A program made the translations under genes and the position numbers. A model generated the notes under the pieces. It was not told the DNA's origin, did no database searches, and saw only the letters and a list, made by a program, of their open reading frames with translations. Shown piece by piece: positions 25,025-37,890 of a stretch of DNA of 64,000 bases; position 1 is the first letter of the stretch, and each line of letters begins with the position of its first letter. Source of the stretch: Octopus sinensis (taxonomy: Eukaryota); the NCBI RefSeq assembly GCF_006345805.1, contig NC_043000.1, forward strand, positions 8,184,001 to 8,248,000. The letters run 5' to 3'.

Positions 25025-25589
25025 AGTTAGGATGTAATATAAGTTTAAAAATGCATTTTCTTCGCAGCCTTTTAAATTACTTCAGTGTAAATTTAGAGGA
25101 TGTTGATAGTGAAGAGCAATCTGAACATTTCCTCCCAGGCAGAAAAAAAAAGAGAAGAAAGATTATGGCAAAAGATACTTCGAACATTAGAAGATAAACG
25201 TCTTGGCAGTCTATTGTTGGTTCCTTATAAGAGAGAAAAACAAATGATTATGTTTAATATTCCAAGAATAGAAAGCTACTAGTTTAAACTGCACTTGTTG
25301 AACTAACTTTTGCTATGACTTCAGATGTTGAGTTAACATGAAATGGATAGAATTTATCAGATATTTAATGTATTTCTTGCCAGAATGTTATTTTGTGTGT
25401 GTGTGTGTGTGTGTGAGAGAGTTTATGATTGGATAGAGCAAAAACAACTACCTTTGTGTTTCTCACCACATGGTTTTGAGTTCAGTCCTACTGTGTAGCA
25501 CCTTGGACAAGTGTCTTCTATATACTACTATCTGAAAGAAGCTTGTGTATATATACATACATACACACACACACACACATATATATATA

Positions 25590-26160
25590 TCATCATCATC
25601 ATCATCATCATCATCGTCGTCGTCGTTTAACATCCGCTTTCCATGCAGGCATGGGTTGGATAGCTTGACTGAGAACTGGCGAACCAGATGGCTGCACCAG
25701 GCTCCAATCTGATCTGGCAAAGTTTCTTCTGCTGGATGCCCTTCCCAACACCAACCACTCTCTGAGTGTAGTGGGTGCTTTTATGTGCCACTGGCAATGA
25801 CCACGCTCAAAAGCTGTTTTTTACATGCCACCTGCATGGGAACCAATCCATTGGCACTGGCAACAACCATGCTCGAATGTTGTTTTCCACATACCACTGG
25901 CACATGAACCAGTAAGGCGATGCTGGCAACGATCACGCTCGAATGGTACTATTTACATGCCACTGGTACAGGAGCCTGTCAGCAGCCCTGGCAATGGTCA
26001 TGCTCGGATGGTGCTTTTAATGTTCCACTGGGACGAGTGCCAATCAGGTGGTACTGTCATCGGCCATGTCAACGATTATGCTTTTGATTTCACTTGCCTC
26101 TACAGGTCATCGCAAACAGAGTTTATTGTCCAATGAATGAAGGGTACTCATAAGTGGGCT
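25590..26160 (-). mobile_element. Family D element
   Basis: (CAT)n at the left end, ccgctttccatgc...ggatgcccttcc, and repeated gtgccac units. Confidence 0.8.
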
Positions 26161-26184
26161 GGCTATACATATATGTATAGCTAC

Positions 26185-26310
26185 ATACATACATACATAC
26201 ATACATACATACATACATACATACATACATACATACATACATACATACATACATACATACATACATACATACATACATACATACATACATACATACATAC
26301 ATACATACAT
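26185..26310. repeat. Pure (TACA)n microsatellite
   Basis: Directly visible. Confidence 0.97.
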
Positions 26311-27952
26311 TAAAAGTCAGGGTACAAAATGCACCTGTTTGCTAGAAAGAAGAGTTAAAACTCTCCAGCACCATGCATCTCTCACTATATCTAAACAAAC
26401 CTGAAGGGTTTAAAGTACAGAGAAGAGCAACACATAGGTCCTTTTTAATAATGACTATAATTATATATTATTTATTAGATAATATATGCTCCATTTAGAG
26501 CAACTAAACCTAAATGATTGACTGAAAAAAGATGAGCCGAGCCACTGGGAATTGAACATGACATCAATGCTTACATGGCTCCATACGCACTCAATTCAAC
26601 CACATAGCCCACCCATCAATTTCAGACAATTTTAATGTATAGATAATTTTAGTACCCAAAAACAAGATAAAATGGACACCTTTGATGCAAACAGCAAATA
26701 GAATCAATCTGACCATTTCCTAACCATGTTAAACCTTCTTCAGAGAAGGAAGAACTATCTTCTGTCCTTGTAAGTCATTGCCATTTAACCATTTAGCATT
26801 CAGGTTACTCTGTCAAATGCAATGCTCATCTCTTTGCATTAATTCAAATTAAACATTTATTGTCTTGTAGCCTCAAGACTTCAGTGGTGTGATTGTTTAT
26901 CTTTAGGAAGACATTGTAAGGTAGGTATAAGAGGCCAAATCCAGCTGGTTTGAGCATAAAACAGGTCGAATATTTGGGCCGGATATGGCTGATTTAAACG
27001 CTAAAAGGTCAAATAAATTTGCATAGAGCTAAATTAGTTCTGTTTCAGTTACACAATTGTGCATAATGAATGAATTAATTATTCATGTTGTTATAACTTG
27101 AACCATTATACAAATTAAATAAATTCAAAGTGGTGCCCCAGCAGGGTTGAAACAAGTAATACACACACACACACACACACACATATGGCACGTAAAAAAC
27201 ACCATTTCAAGCGTGGCTGTTGCCAGTACCACCTGACTGGCCCTCATGCCCTCATGCACATAAAAGCACCCACTACACTCTTGGAGGAAGAAAAGAAGGG
27301 GGAGGGAGGGAGGAGAGGAAGGAGGAGGAAGGAAAGATGAGGAAGTGGAAGGAAGAGGAAGGGAGGAAGTGGAAGAGAGGAGGAAGGAGGATTAAGGAGT
27401 AAGGGAGGAAGGAGGAGGAGGGGAGAAAGGGAGGAAAAGAGAGAAGGGTAGTAGAGGAGGGAGGAGGAAAGAAAATAATTGATGATGGTTGTGGTGTTAG
27501 TGATAACGGTGTTGGTATTAATGGTGGTGATTTGCAGTGATGGTGGAGACAGTGGTGACAATGGCAGCTATGGTGGTAGCAATGGTGGTAGCAATGGTGG
27601 TAGCACTTCTTTGAAGTGTGGAGCTAATAGTAATTAAAAAAAACGAAAAATGATATAAGTAGTAATGAGTTGATGAAGCCAATAATGGCAACAACGATGA
27701 TGATGATGGTTTAATTTCCAATAATGACTTTAATGATTTGTATGGAGGACATAAATATGCTGAATGCAATGCTTCAAACAGCCTTAAGTCGAATTCTATA
27801 TTTCATTCTGGCATGTAAGATTCAAAGAACATTTATGATCCAGTTTGATACAGTGTTCCTTCAGAAAAACATTATTTGCCCAGAGGCATAGCCAGGTTCT
27901 TTTTCATAGTAGCTGCTTTCTCATATACGAGCAAAACCATTGTTAGAAAGAG

Positions 27953-28490
27953 TCATTGAAATGAGTCATTGATGGTGCAATGTGAAGCCCTTGTATGACT
28001 CTTCAACCTGGCGAAAGATTTGCGCATTCTATTGCTGTGCTGGCTGGTAGAAGGAACAGGTACCACAGTATGAACTCTTTTGACGTGTCTTTTCAATCCT
28101 CCAACTAAAAGGTACACCTTTCCACAGGCTGCACATGTTCTGTTGTGAACAATAGCCATTTCACAATTTACAATGGCTTGATTTCCCTGAGTTCTCTGAT
28201 GGCTGATCAGGCCTGCATGACTCAAACATTTCCTCCCACAAATCACACACATAAAAAAGCAACACTCCCTCACTTTCCACAGATTCATTCTTTCTAAGCC
28301 TTCTCTTAATCTTCTCATGCTTCATTCTCTCTCTTTCAAACTTTGAACAACCACTCTGCACTCTTTTCCTCCACCCATTTTGGTCTTGTGCCTCTGTCTT
28401 CCAGTCAATAACTGAAACTCCTGTCTGTGTCAGTGCAATTCTGAGTCAGTCCTTGAACCTCATTTTGGGTTTATGTGCTGGTTAAGTTGA
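27953..28490 (-). mobile_element. RTE-clade LINE 3' coding end with C2H2 zinc fingers, frameshifted
   Basis: KPKMRFKD...WKTEAQDQNGWRKRVQSGCSKFERERMKHEKIKRRLRK, then CVICGRKCLSHAGLISH and CAACGKVYLLVGGLKRHVKRVH. Confidence 0.75.
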
Positions 28491-28679
28491 CTACTTTCTA
28501 GTCAGTGTTAGAGCTATAATAGGGGTTTGGAATGGGGACTAGATGAATAAAGCTGAGGAGGTGATTTGATCAAATCAACTCCTGTACTCGACTGCTATTT
28601 ATCTTGTTTTTTTTACTTGCTTCACTCATTAGACTCTGGCCATCCTGGGTCACCACCTTGAAAAATTTTTAGTCAAATA

Positions 28680-28697
28680 TATGTGTATACATATATA

Positions 28698-28734
<37 letters not shown>

Positions 28735-28816
28735 TTATCAAAAGAAAAACAGGATGCATATATATATATGTATGTATATATGTGTGTGTATATATATATA
28801 TATATTATATATGTAG

Positions 28817-28911
<95 letters not shown>

Positions 28912-28924
28912 CTATCTATCTATC

Positions 28925-28979
<55 letters not shown>

Positions 28980-28980
28980 G

Positions 28981-29069
<89 letters not shown>

Positions 29070-29078
29070 GTCTATCTA

Positions 29079-29111
<33 letters not shown>

Positions 29112-29125
29112 CTATCTATCTATTC

Positions 29126-29158
<33 letters not shown>

Positions 29159-29200
29159 CTGTCTATCTATCTATCTACATACATATGTGTGTATGTATAT
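28680..29200. repeat. (TA)n/(TATC)n compound microsatellite
   Basis: Directly visible. Confidence 0.95.
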
Positions 29201-29949
29201 ATGTATGATTGTGTGTGTGTGTATTTGTAGGTGTGTATCTATGCATATACTTATACACATATATGTATATTTATGCATGAGCATGCATTTGTAGGAAAAG
29301 TTACCCCTGAATGTCAAGTGCAGAGTGGATCAAGTGCAGAGTGGATCAAGTGCAGAGTGGATCAATTATTCAAATCCATTGTTAAATAATAAAAAACACA
29401 AAATCTGAATTTAATAATGTCAAAAATTTAAAATTCAAATTATTTAGGTTAGTGATAAATCTCTACCACAAAGATAACACACTTCGCTTGTTGCTAACAG
29501 CAACATCGTAGCCATTTTGATGGCCAAGTGAACTGAGGCAAAACAGTTAAAAATCTAATCTAGAAACAGGGTAAGATAAATTACCTGTAGCAGATTTCAT
29601 TGGGACCACCCAAACCTTATTCAGTCAGCCATTTCAGCTTTATTTATCTAGTCCCCCGTTCCAAACCCTTAATAGAACTCTAACACTGACTAGAAAGTTG
29701 TAAACCTAACCTCAACTTGATCAGTAAACCACAACAAATTGGATGATAACTGCAAGAATTTGACCTCGGCTGTGAGGCTGTGTATGTAATTACCAGCAGA
29801 GCAAACATACAGGAAAAGCAGGTGTTAGAGGAGTGGTAACAGGAGTAGTAATAGAGGTGGAAAGGGGGGAGGAAGAGGAGGAGGGATGAAGAAAAATAAA
29901 CAATAATAATGATAATAATAATGATAATAATAATAATGATAATAATAAT

Positions 29950-30163
29950 CCTTTCTACTGTAGGCATATGATCCGAAATTTTGAGAGAAGGGAATAGTCG
30001 ATTAGATTGACTCCAGTATGTGACTGCTACTTAATTTATCGACCCCAAAAGGATGAAAGGTAAAGTCGACCTTGGGGGAATTTGAACTCGGAATTTAAAG
30101 ACAAACAAAATATTGCCAAGTATTTTACCTGGTGTGCTAATGATTCTGCCTGCTTAGTGCCTT
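29950..30163 (-). mobile_element. SINE family B
   Basis: Reverse match to the 12065-12288 core; (AAT)n on both flanks. Confidence 0.8.
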
Positions 30164-30165
30164 AA

Positions 30166-30199
<34 letters not shown>

Positions 30200-30220
30200 A
30201 AGAAGAAGAAGAAGAAGAAG

Positions 30221-31010
30221 AAGCAAACCCATCAGTGGCTACGGAGCTCAGGGCTAAAAGCAGAGAGCGAAGGTTTCATCCTGGCTGCTCAAGATCAAAG
30301 CCTATTAACTCGGAACTACCAGGCCAATGTAATGAAAAATGGAGCAGACCCAAAATGCCGATTCTGCAATGACATGATTGAAACAGTGGACCACCTAATC
30401 TCTGGATGTAAAGTCTTAGCACCAGTGGAGTATAAATTAAGACATGACAGAGTTGGCCAATATCTCCACTGGCTAATAAGTCGGCATTACAATATCAAAA
30501 CTGCTGACAAGTGGTATAATCAGCCAATAAACCAGATATTGTTGTGAAAGACAAAAACAATAAAGTTTGCTTATTGATCGACATGAGCATCCCCTGTAAT
30601 CATAATATCTCAGCGAAAGAGTTTGACAAGCTCAGAAAATATAAAGACCTGCTCATTGAAATTGAGAAAATGTGGCACCTCAAGGTGGTTACAATACCAG
30701 TGATCGTAGGAGCACTAGGAATGATCAAGAAGGGAACCGAAAATTATATGAGAATGATCCCTGGCTTACCATCCCTGCAAGAAGTGCAAAAGATTGTCTT
30801 AACTGGTACATCACACGTATTGAGAAGAGCATTGTCGCTGTGAGAACTATTACTACCCATGTATTTTAATTTAACTTAAAAAAAAATGAACGAACTATTG
30901 AGTTTAGTTTAATGGCCTACCAATGTATACTATGAGTTTCTTTGCCCTAGGAGTCGGGAAGACACTCGGCAAGAAATGGAAGCAAATTTGAAAGAAGAAA
31001 AAAAATAATA
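30221..31010 (+). mobile_element. R4/Dong-clade non-LTR retrotransposon 3' end (CCHC and RLE domain) plus 3' UTR
   Basis: THQWLRSSGLKAESEGFILAAQDQ, CRFCNDMIETVDHLISGC, RHDRVGQYLHW, CLLIDMSIP...KYKDL and IPVIVGALG. Internal deletion/frameshift near 30530; flanked by (AAT)n. Confidence 0.88.
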
Positions 31011-31200
31011 ATAATAATCCTTTCTACTATAGGCACAAGGCCTGGAAATTGACTGGTACTTAATATGTTGACCTCAAAAGGATGAAACGCAAAGTCGACC
31101 TCGGTGGAATTTGAACTCAGAACATTTCGTCAGACAGATGAAATACCTCTAAACATTTCACCTGGTGTGCTAACGACTCTGCTAGCTCACCGCCTTGAGC
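31010..31200 (-). mobile_element. SINE family B
   Basis: Reverse match to the family B core. Confidence 0.8.
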
Positions 31201-31408
31201 ATGGCCATTACCAGTATTACCTGACTGGCCCACATGCCGGTGGCATGTAAAAGCACCCACTGCACTCTTGGAGTGTTTGGCGTTAGGAAGGGCATCTAGC
31301 TGTAGAAACCTTGCCAAATCAAGATTGGAGCCTGGTGCAGCCATCTGGTTTGCCAGTCCTCAGTCAAATCATCCAACCCATGCTAGCATGGAAAGCGGAC
31401 GTTAAACA

Positions 31409-31440
<32 letters not shown>
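31200..31440 (+). mobile_element. Family D 3' portion with (GAT)n tail
   Basis: Matches 61460-61650. Confidence 0.85.
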
Positions 31441-31646
31441 ACATACACAAATACATATATGGTTATAGAAACAAAAAAGTTTCAAAAGTTTTCTTTCAGC
31501 TTACAGGCAAATAAGGTTGGGCCTTGTCTGAATTTTCAAGGCATTTAAATAACTGAACAGACAAGGCTTGTCACAGGATCCTAGTCTGTCACAGCAGAAG
31601 TCAATAGCAGATCACAGCAGTAAGTTTTCACTGAAAGATTGTGTAC

Positions 31647-31700
31647 CTTCAGATTTTGACATGGAATTCTGTGGATCACCAATACTTTTAGGCATGGCGC
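31647..31700 (-). CDS. Weak candidate 54-nt exon (AMPKSIGDPQNSMSKSE)
   Basis: Acceptor ttccatttatctctgcttcttcAG, phase 1-1 open frame, weak donor AAG|gtacac. Confidence 0.2.
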
Positions 31701-32670
31701 CTGAAGAAGCAGAGATAAATGGAAGGTGAATTTGCAAAAGCAGGCTATAAATTATGGTTAGATTGGTACTAATTTTCAGTTGAGAAGACTGGATTAATGT
31801 GACATGAATTGCCTTACTCAAGGCCACAGCAAACCACCTGCCTGAAAATTGACTTTATGACCCAGTAATTGCCGGCTCACTAACCCATCCACATACCTTC
31901 ACTTTCCCAGTAATGAGCTAGTTTATGTATTTTAACTTGGCATGGTTGGTTCCAGTAACTGAATACGTATTTGTCTAAAATTCATCCTAACAAGCTGTAT
32001 GTTCCATTGATTTCACCTGATATTAAGCCTGCCAGCAAAACTTTGATTGAATAAATTTTTCACAGTTTAGCTACTTCTAGTTGGCAACTTCTGATCAACA
32101 GCTGTGCAACATGCGTTTGTTTCATGATGTGTATCCGTATTGATTTTTCTCAATATAGGCATTAATTTTATAGGGGTGTATGCTTATTGACAATTTAATT
32201 GATCCCAGTACTCTTCTCCTAATTTTTTTATATTGACATCAGTCATTGGATTGTGGCCATGTTAGAGCAACACTTCCAAAAGTAGATGGTGGGTCGGTCA
32301 TATTGATCTCCATGCTTACTTCATTCCGGGGCTTATTTTATTAGTATCACTATTAGTTCAATGACTAAAGTACAAAGCCTAAAGGAACACAGCACAAACA
32401 GCAGTGGTTTTTAGACTGGTGTAAATATAAACAAAGATTCAGACAGAACCACACGTACACACCCCCACACATCTTTATAAGGAAAACAATGTTGACAGTG
32501 TTTACAAAGTTTTACCATTGACTGAATTTGTCAGACAGCATATCATCATCATCATCATCATTATCATCGTTTAACGTCTGCTTTCTATGCTGGCATGGGT
32601 TGAATAGCTTGACCTTTCTCTAAGCAGTGGATATACTTGTACGATTAATGAGTATTTCATATGTTTGCAG

Positions 32671-32709
32671 GGTTCAGAGCATGAAGAAGGCAATGAGGAG
32701 CAGCTGTAG
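32671..32709 (+). CDS. Candidate terminal coding exon (GSEHEEGNEEQL*)
   Basis: Acceptor tatttcatatgtttgcAG followed by an acidic peptide and TAG. No homology recognised. Confidence 0.25.
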   Translation, partial: GSEHEEGNEEQL

Positions 32710-32851
32710 ATTTTGTCTGAAACTAGAATCCCCTATAATTGCACCCAGCCTTTTCTTTCAATGTCTCTTCTGGTCTTAATTATAGGCTGTGTATAATAAT
32801 TAGAGTGCAATGGCTTACTATCTCACATTCATCTCATACATCACACCCCAA

Positions 32852-32890
<39 letters not shown>

Positions 32891-33536
32891 ACATACATGA
32901 AAGTAAAAAGGATAATTGTTATCAACTCTCATGAAACAACAAAATTATAACATTTTTTACTACATTTCCTCAAATGAAAATTCCCTTTTGTTGAAATGCA
33001 TTAGTCATAGCCCTTTGAAGAACTGGTATCTGAAGAGAATTACATTTTAGTGATAAAAAGCATTATATGTTAGTTATAAAAGGGAATATCAAAACTCAGT
33101 ACAAATTGACTGATTCAGTTTCATTAAAAGTTAATATCTTGTGATTCTAAATACAAAATTAAGACAAAGAAAGCAAAACAAGAGGATAAAGTTGACTTGA
33201 AGTAACACTAAAAGATGAAGCTTTAGACGAGCCAAAGTGAACGAAAGCAAAGATGGTGACTTGTTCCATAACTTTGGTCAACTGGTTGGGGAATATTTAT
33301 AAAAGCCTGGTCCACATTTAAATAATAGTGGCATGACTGTGTAGTTGAGAAGCTTACTTCCCAATTGCATACATTTGGGTTCAGTCTCACTGCATGGTAC
33401 TGCAACAGGATGAAAGGTTTGTAACCCTGGATGGGGGCAGCTTTCATCCTTTACATTAAAATATTAATCGAAGGAAAAAGACTTCCGATTAACTTCAACA
33501 GCATAAATATTTTATTTCTGGATTTGCAATATATAT

Positions 33537-33700
33537 AGGCATAGGAGTGGCTGTGTGGTAAGTAGCTTGCTTACGAACCACATGGTTCCGGGTTCAGTCC
33601 CACTGCATGGCACCTTGGGTAAGTATCTTCTACTATAGCCTTGGGCCGACCAAAGCCTTGTGAGTGGATTTGGTAGACGGAAACTGAAAGAAGCCCATCG

Positions 33701-33733
<33 letters not shown>

Positions 33734-33945
33734 GCGTGTTTGCATGTCTGTGTTTGTCCCCCCAACATTGCTTGACAACCGATGCTGGTGTGTTTACGTC
33801 CCCGTAACTTAGCAGTTCGGCAAAAAAGAGACCGATAAAATAAGTACTAGGCTTACAAAGAATAAGTCCTGGGGTCAATTTGATCGACTAAAGGTGGTGC
33901 TCCAGCATGGCCACAGTCACATGACTGAAACAAGTAAAAAGAGAG
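33537..33945 (+). mobile_element. SINE family A, full length
   Basis: Complete match. Confidence 0.9.
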
Positions 33946-34329
33946 AAAAATAGATATACATTCTTCTTCAGGACGAATCGGCAGCCTAGGAGCTCATCGT
34001 AGTAGTCAAGTGGAGTGAGCCAAATCCTGTCCGTTCAAGCATAGCGTAGCAATGCCACGAGGTGGAAGCTTGAGAGAGCTGCTACAACATGACCGTCCTG
34101 TTCGGCTGTTAGCGTTCGAGAGGCTGATACGAGGGAAATTTTACTTCTGCGAGTTTTCTGTGCATGCGCATGAGGGAACTTCCAGCAGGCCGCCCAGAAG
34201 AATCCAGCTCTGTGCATGCGTGCAGGAGATTTCCAAGATGGTATCACTACAATACCTTGAACAAATGTCTTCTACTGTAGTTCCAGGTCAACAAGTTGAA
34301 TTGCTTCATAGAAACTGAAAGAAAATTGG

Positions 34330-34363
<34 letters not shown>

Positions 34364-35213
34364 TGTTTGCAAATGTGGTCAGTTGCATAGTGCAGTGGGC
34401 AATGTTATCAGTTTTTCCTGTAAACAACTCATCCTATCACTTCATGCCTTCCTTCCAAGCCACATAGAATAAGAGTTCCTATACTTGAGAAACAGGTGAG
34501 GATTTAGCATCTGGAAAGGTAAGGCATCCAGCTGGATAACAATGCCTCAGATAACATATCAAACTCACTTGTACAAACATGGAAAATCTTCATCCTCATC
34601 CTCATCGTCATCCTTGATTTTCTATTTCTGGATGCCCTTCGCTTCACCTGTTTCCAGGCAAGGTCATGTTTCCTCATAGCTAGATATGTTATTGCAGAAT
34701 ATTGGAAATGAATGACACTGCTTGTATAACAGTAAAATTTGTTTACAACTATCATGAACTGTTAAGACAAGGAACCACTAATGCAAGCAAAGACAAGGAA
34801 CCACTAATGCATGCAAAGACAAGGAGACACTAATGCTTACATACATACAAACACATGCACACACACACACACACACACCTACATATTTTTTTCTATTTCT
34901 GTGTGCCAAATCCACTAACAAGGCTTTACTTGACCCAGGGCTGTAACAGAAGATGGTCCTAGTTGCCGTGCTGTGACACTGAACCCCAAACCATGTAATT
35001 GGGTGGTAAACTTCTTAACCACACTTTTCACACCTATACCTGGATGTAAAACAAACAAACAAAGAAATACACTGGATTAATTTTCCAATCACTGTCGGAA
35101 GGCAACTTCTGTAGAACAAGGTAAACTTCAAAAAGTAAGCTAGCAAAATGCTCGTCAATTTTGAAATGAAACCACTATTTACAGTGGTAATCTATACCAC
35201 GCTGTGGAGTATG

Positions 35214-35726
35214 CCGTAAATCCTCGAGTATAGTCCGCTCTTGAGTATAATACGCAGGGGATATTTAGGGGGCTGTACCTCTGAAAAACCTAAACCTTGT
35301 GTATAATACGCACCCCTTCTCTAACTTGAGTCAAGGAGGTCTATATAACGTCCTTGGTTTGTAAAAATGTATACGGTAGTGTCCTTTATTATTATTGTAT
35401 ATATAACATAATACAAACGTGTAGCTTTTTTGTGCATTTTGTTTGCAGAAAATAAAGAAATAACAGTAATAACGTTTAACAATGTTGCTTACTGCAAGTT
35501 ATGGATGATTCTTTTATGACTTCATTGCTTTCAGGCTTAGCTTAAGGTATTTTCATGCCCAACATCACAAAATGTGTCTGAATAAACATTACCGGACAGC
35601 AAACAGAGACTGGGACATTGCTTAGAAAATATTTTTCCTTTTTAACCTTGTCTAGGGATTTTGCACTAGGGATTTTGATCTTTAAATTTTGGGAAAAAAA
35701 TGCGGATTATACTCGAGGATTTACGG
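35214..35726. mobile_element. Tc2/pogo-like MITE
   Basis: Perfect TIR CCGTAAATCCTCGAGTATA / TATACTCGAGGATTTACGG. Confidence 0.88.
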
Positions 35727-37319
35727 TAATTAAAATGAACAATTATTGAGAATTTGGTATCTTGGTCACAAGCACAATACAATGATGAAGACAGGGTGTG
35801 AATTATGAAAATTAGGAACTTTTGTATAGTACCTTATCAATTTGATCAAACGAGCATCTGAGTGGGAAGGGTCACTTGATGTGCAAGAAAAAGCAGCCAA
35901 ACACTGCTCGAGTTACAGTCTAGATCAGTCATGGGTAAACTGTGATCTGTGGGATTTTCTGACGATTGTGCCTAACAAAAAATTACCTTGAATTGTTTTT
36001 GTAGTATGAGCTGCTGATGATAAACCATGTCCCTTGTGAACCACTTCTTGAAAAAAGGTTATTCATGCCTGTTCTAGGTGCACTATGTTTCAAAAAATGG
36101 CAGCTTGGTCATTATTGAAATACCTTTCAGCATAGACTCAGTTACAACTTCAAGAACAGCAACAACAACAATAACTGATATGTATTTCATTATGAGATGG
36201 TAATCAAAATCAGTTCTCTTTCTTATATCAAATCAGCGTATGGCTAACCTATGACAACAAGTCCTTTGTATATTTGCTAAAGTCACTAACAACCTTGTAT
36301 GGTACTTTTTTTTTAAAACTCTGGTTCAAACATTATGCTTTGAAGTTAAAGAAGGATTGAAAATCATGTCTGGCAATAGATACTGCAGTTATATGTAACA
36401 TGAGAAACTATTCCAACAAAAAATAAATAAATAGAACCAAAAATAAATCTATACACTTTGCATGGCATTTATTGCTCTACAAGTTATCTAACAAAAACTT
36501 AAAATAATTAGATATACACATATTATGTTTAACCTTTTCAAAACCTCAACTTTAGGTAATAAATTTTCATATGGTAAGAGAGAGATAAAGCATGAAATGT
36601 AATTAAATTTAAAAAAAGGGGGAAAATATTTAGAGTTGATATTTCCAAGTAATGTTTCAATAGATAAAATGTTAGGTGCCATTAGCTGCTCTTGAAGGTG
36701 TTAAGGCCATGTTGTTTTGATATCAACTGGGTATCATTAAATCAATACAGATGTTCCTGTTAATATTTCCACCACTCTCTTTTTCTCCTCCCTCCCTTTC
36801 TCCTGCACCTTCATACACACAATAGTTAATCTTCATGCCTTAATCTGTATGTTTTTAAAAAAGAAGCATGTTTAAACTTAACTATCTTTTAACTAATAAA
36901 AATTCCATATAATTCTATAACAAAGAATTTATTGGAGTCATAAATAACAAAAGGTCAGGTATTTGGGACCAAATTTTAATATTTTATGTTTGTATTAAAA
37001 TAGACTTTCATTCTTCTGGGAGAAAAATATATCAGTTATATGGCTTCTTCCAGCTTAATACCTTCTTCCAGCAAATAAATGCACTTGAGTAAGTTAATGG
37101 AATATTTGCTCATTATACAATGTCCTATCAATCTAAAGTGGATAACATTGAAAACTTACTTCCTCATTGTGTCATTATAAAACTGTGTGAACAGAGTCAG
37201 TGAGAAATTAAATATTTTGGCTCATACTCTGGACATCTTAATATTTTGACCATCTGCATCTCTCAACCATTCATATTTGACAGTTGCATCAATGTGTTGA
37301 ATTGCCAACCACTAGCTTC

Positions 37320-37890
37320 TGTCGTAAGACCAGAAGATACTGATCTTTATGTCAATGCATCAATGAGGAGGCCTCCTTATTGTAGCATATGAAACAAAGC
37401 TCTCAAAAATCTAGAGACTTTTTTATGTGCTTGTTTAGGAAACAACATTGCATCTACAGAAATGAATGTAGAAATTTGTACCACAAAATCATGGGTTAAT
37501 CTTGATGGTTTCAATTTCATTTGGAAGTTAGCATCACCAGATGATGATCTTAAATGAAGCATCTGATCAAACAAAGACTGTTTGGTAGCCTTCTTGCCAA
37601 ATGTCATTAAAGAGACATATATATTTTGTATGACAACTGCTGAGGTGTTCTGCAAGAACTCGTTGGTAATACACTGCTATGAACACCTGACAATTGATAT
37701 GCATGGATTGGCTATCCAGTAAAAACCACCAGTGATACAGAATGATGCTTTGATGACCTCCTGAACATTATGCTGGATCACAGGAACAGTTAGCTGTAAG
37801 AGAAGATGTAAAATATACTTCTTTCAAATGCTCAGAAGGGATTCCTAGAAACAGTTTACAGTTTCTGTGACTTATGTAACCTAATTAGTA
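37320..37890 (+). pseudogene. Possible decayed Academ-type (XPG nuclease plus Cys-rich C-terminus) transposon fragment
   Basis: EDTDLYV, LETFLCACLG and a broken Cys cluster (SCKRRCK) in the expected order, with many stops and frameshifts. Confidence 0.35.

Noticed and set aside
25079-25198. Peptide VNLEDVDSEEQSEHFLPGRKKKRRK... resembling an NLS-bearing exon
   Set aside because: Short, ends in a stop, no donor and no supporting neighbouring exons; could be chance.
27953-28318. Host C2H2 zinc-finger gene
   Set aside because: It is contiguous with frameshifted RTE C-terminal coding sequence, so it is treated as part of a LINE.
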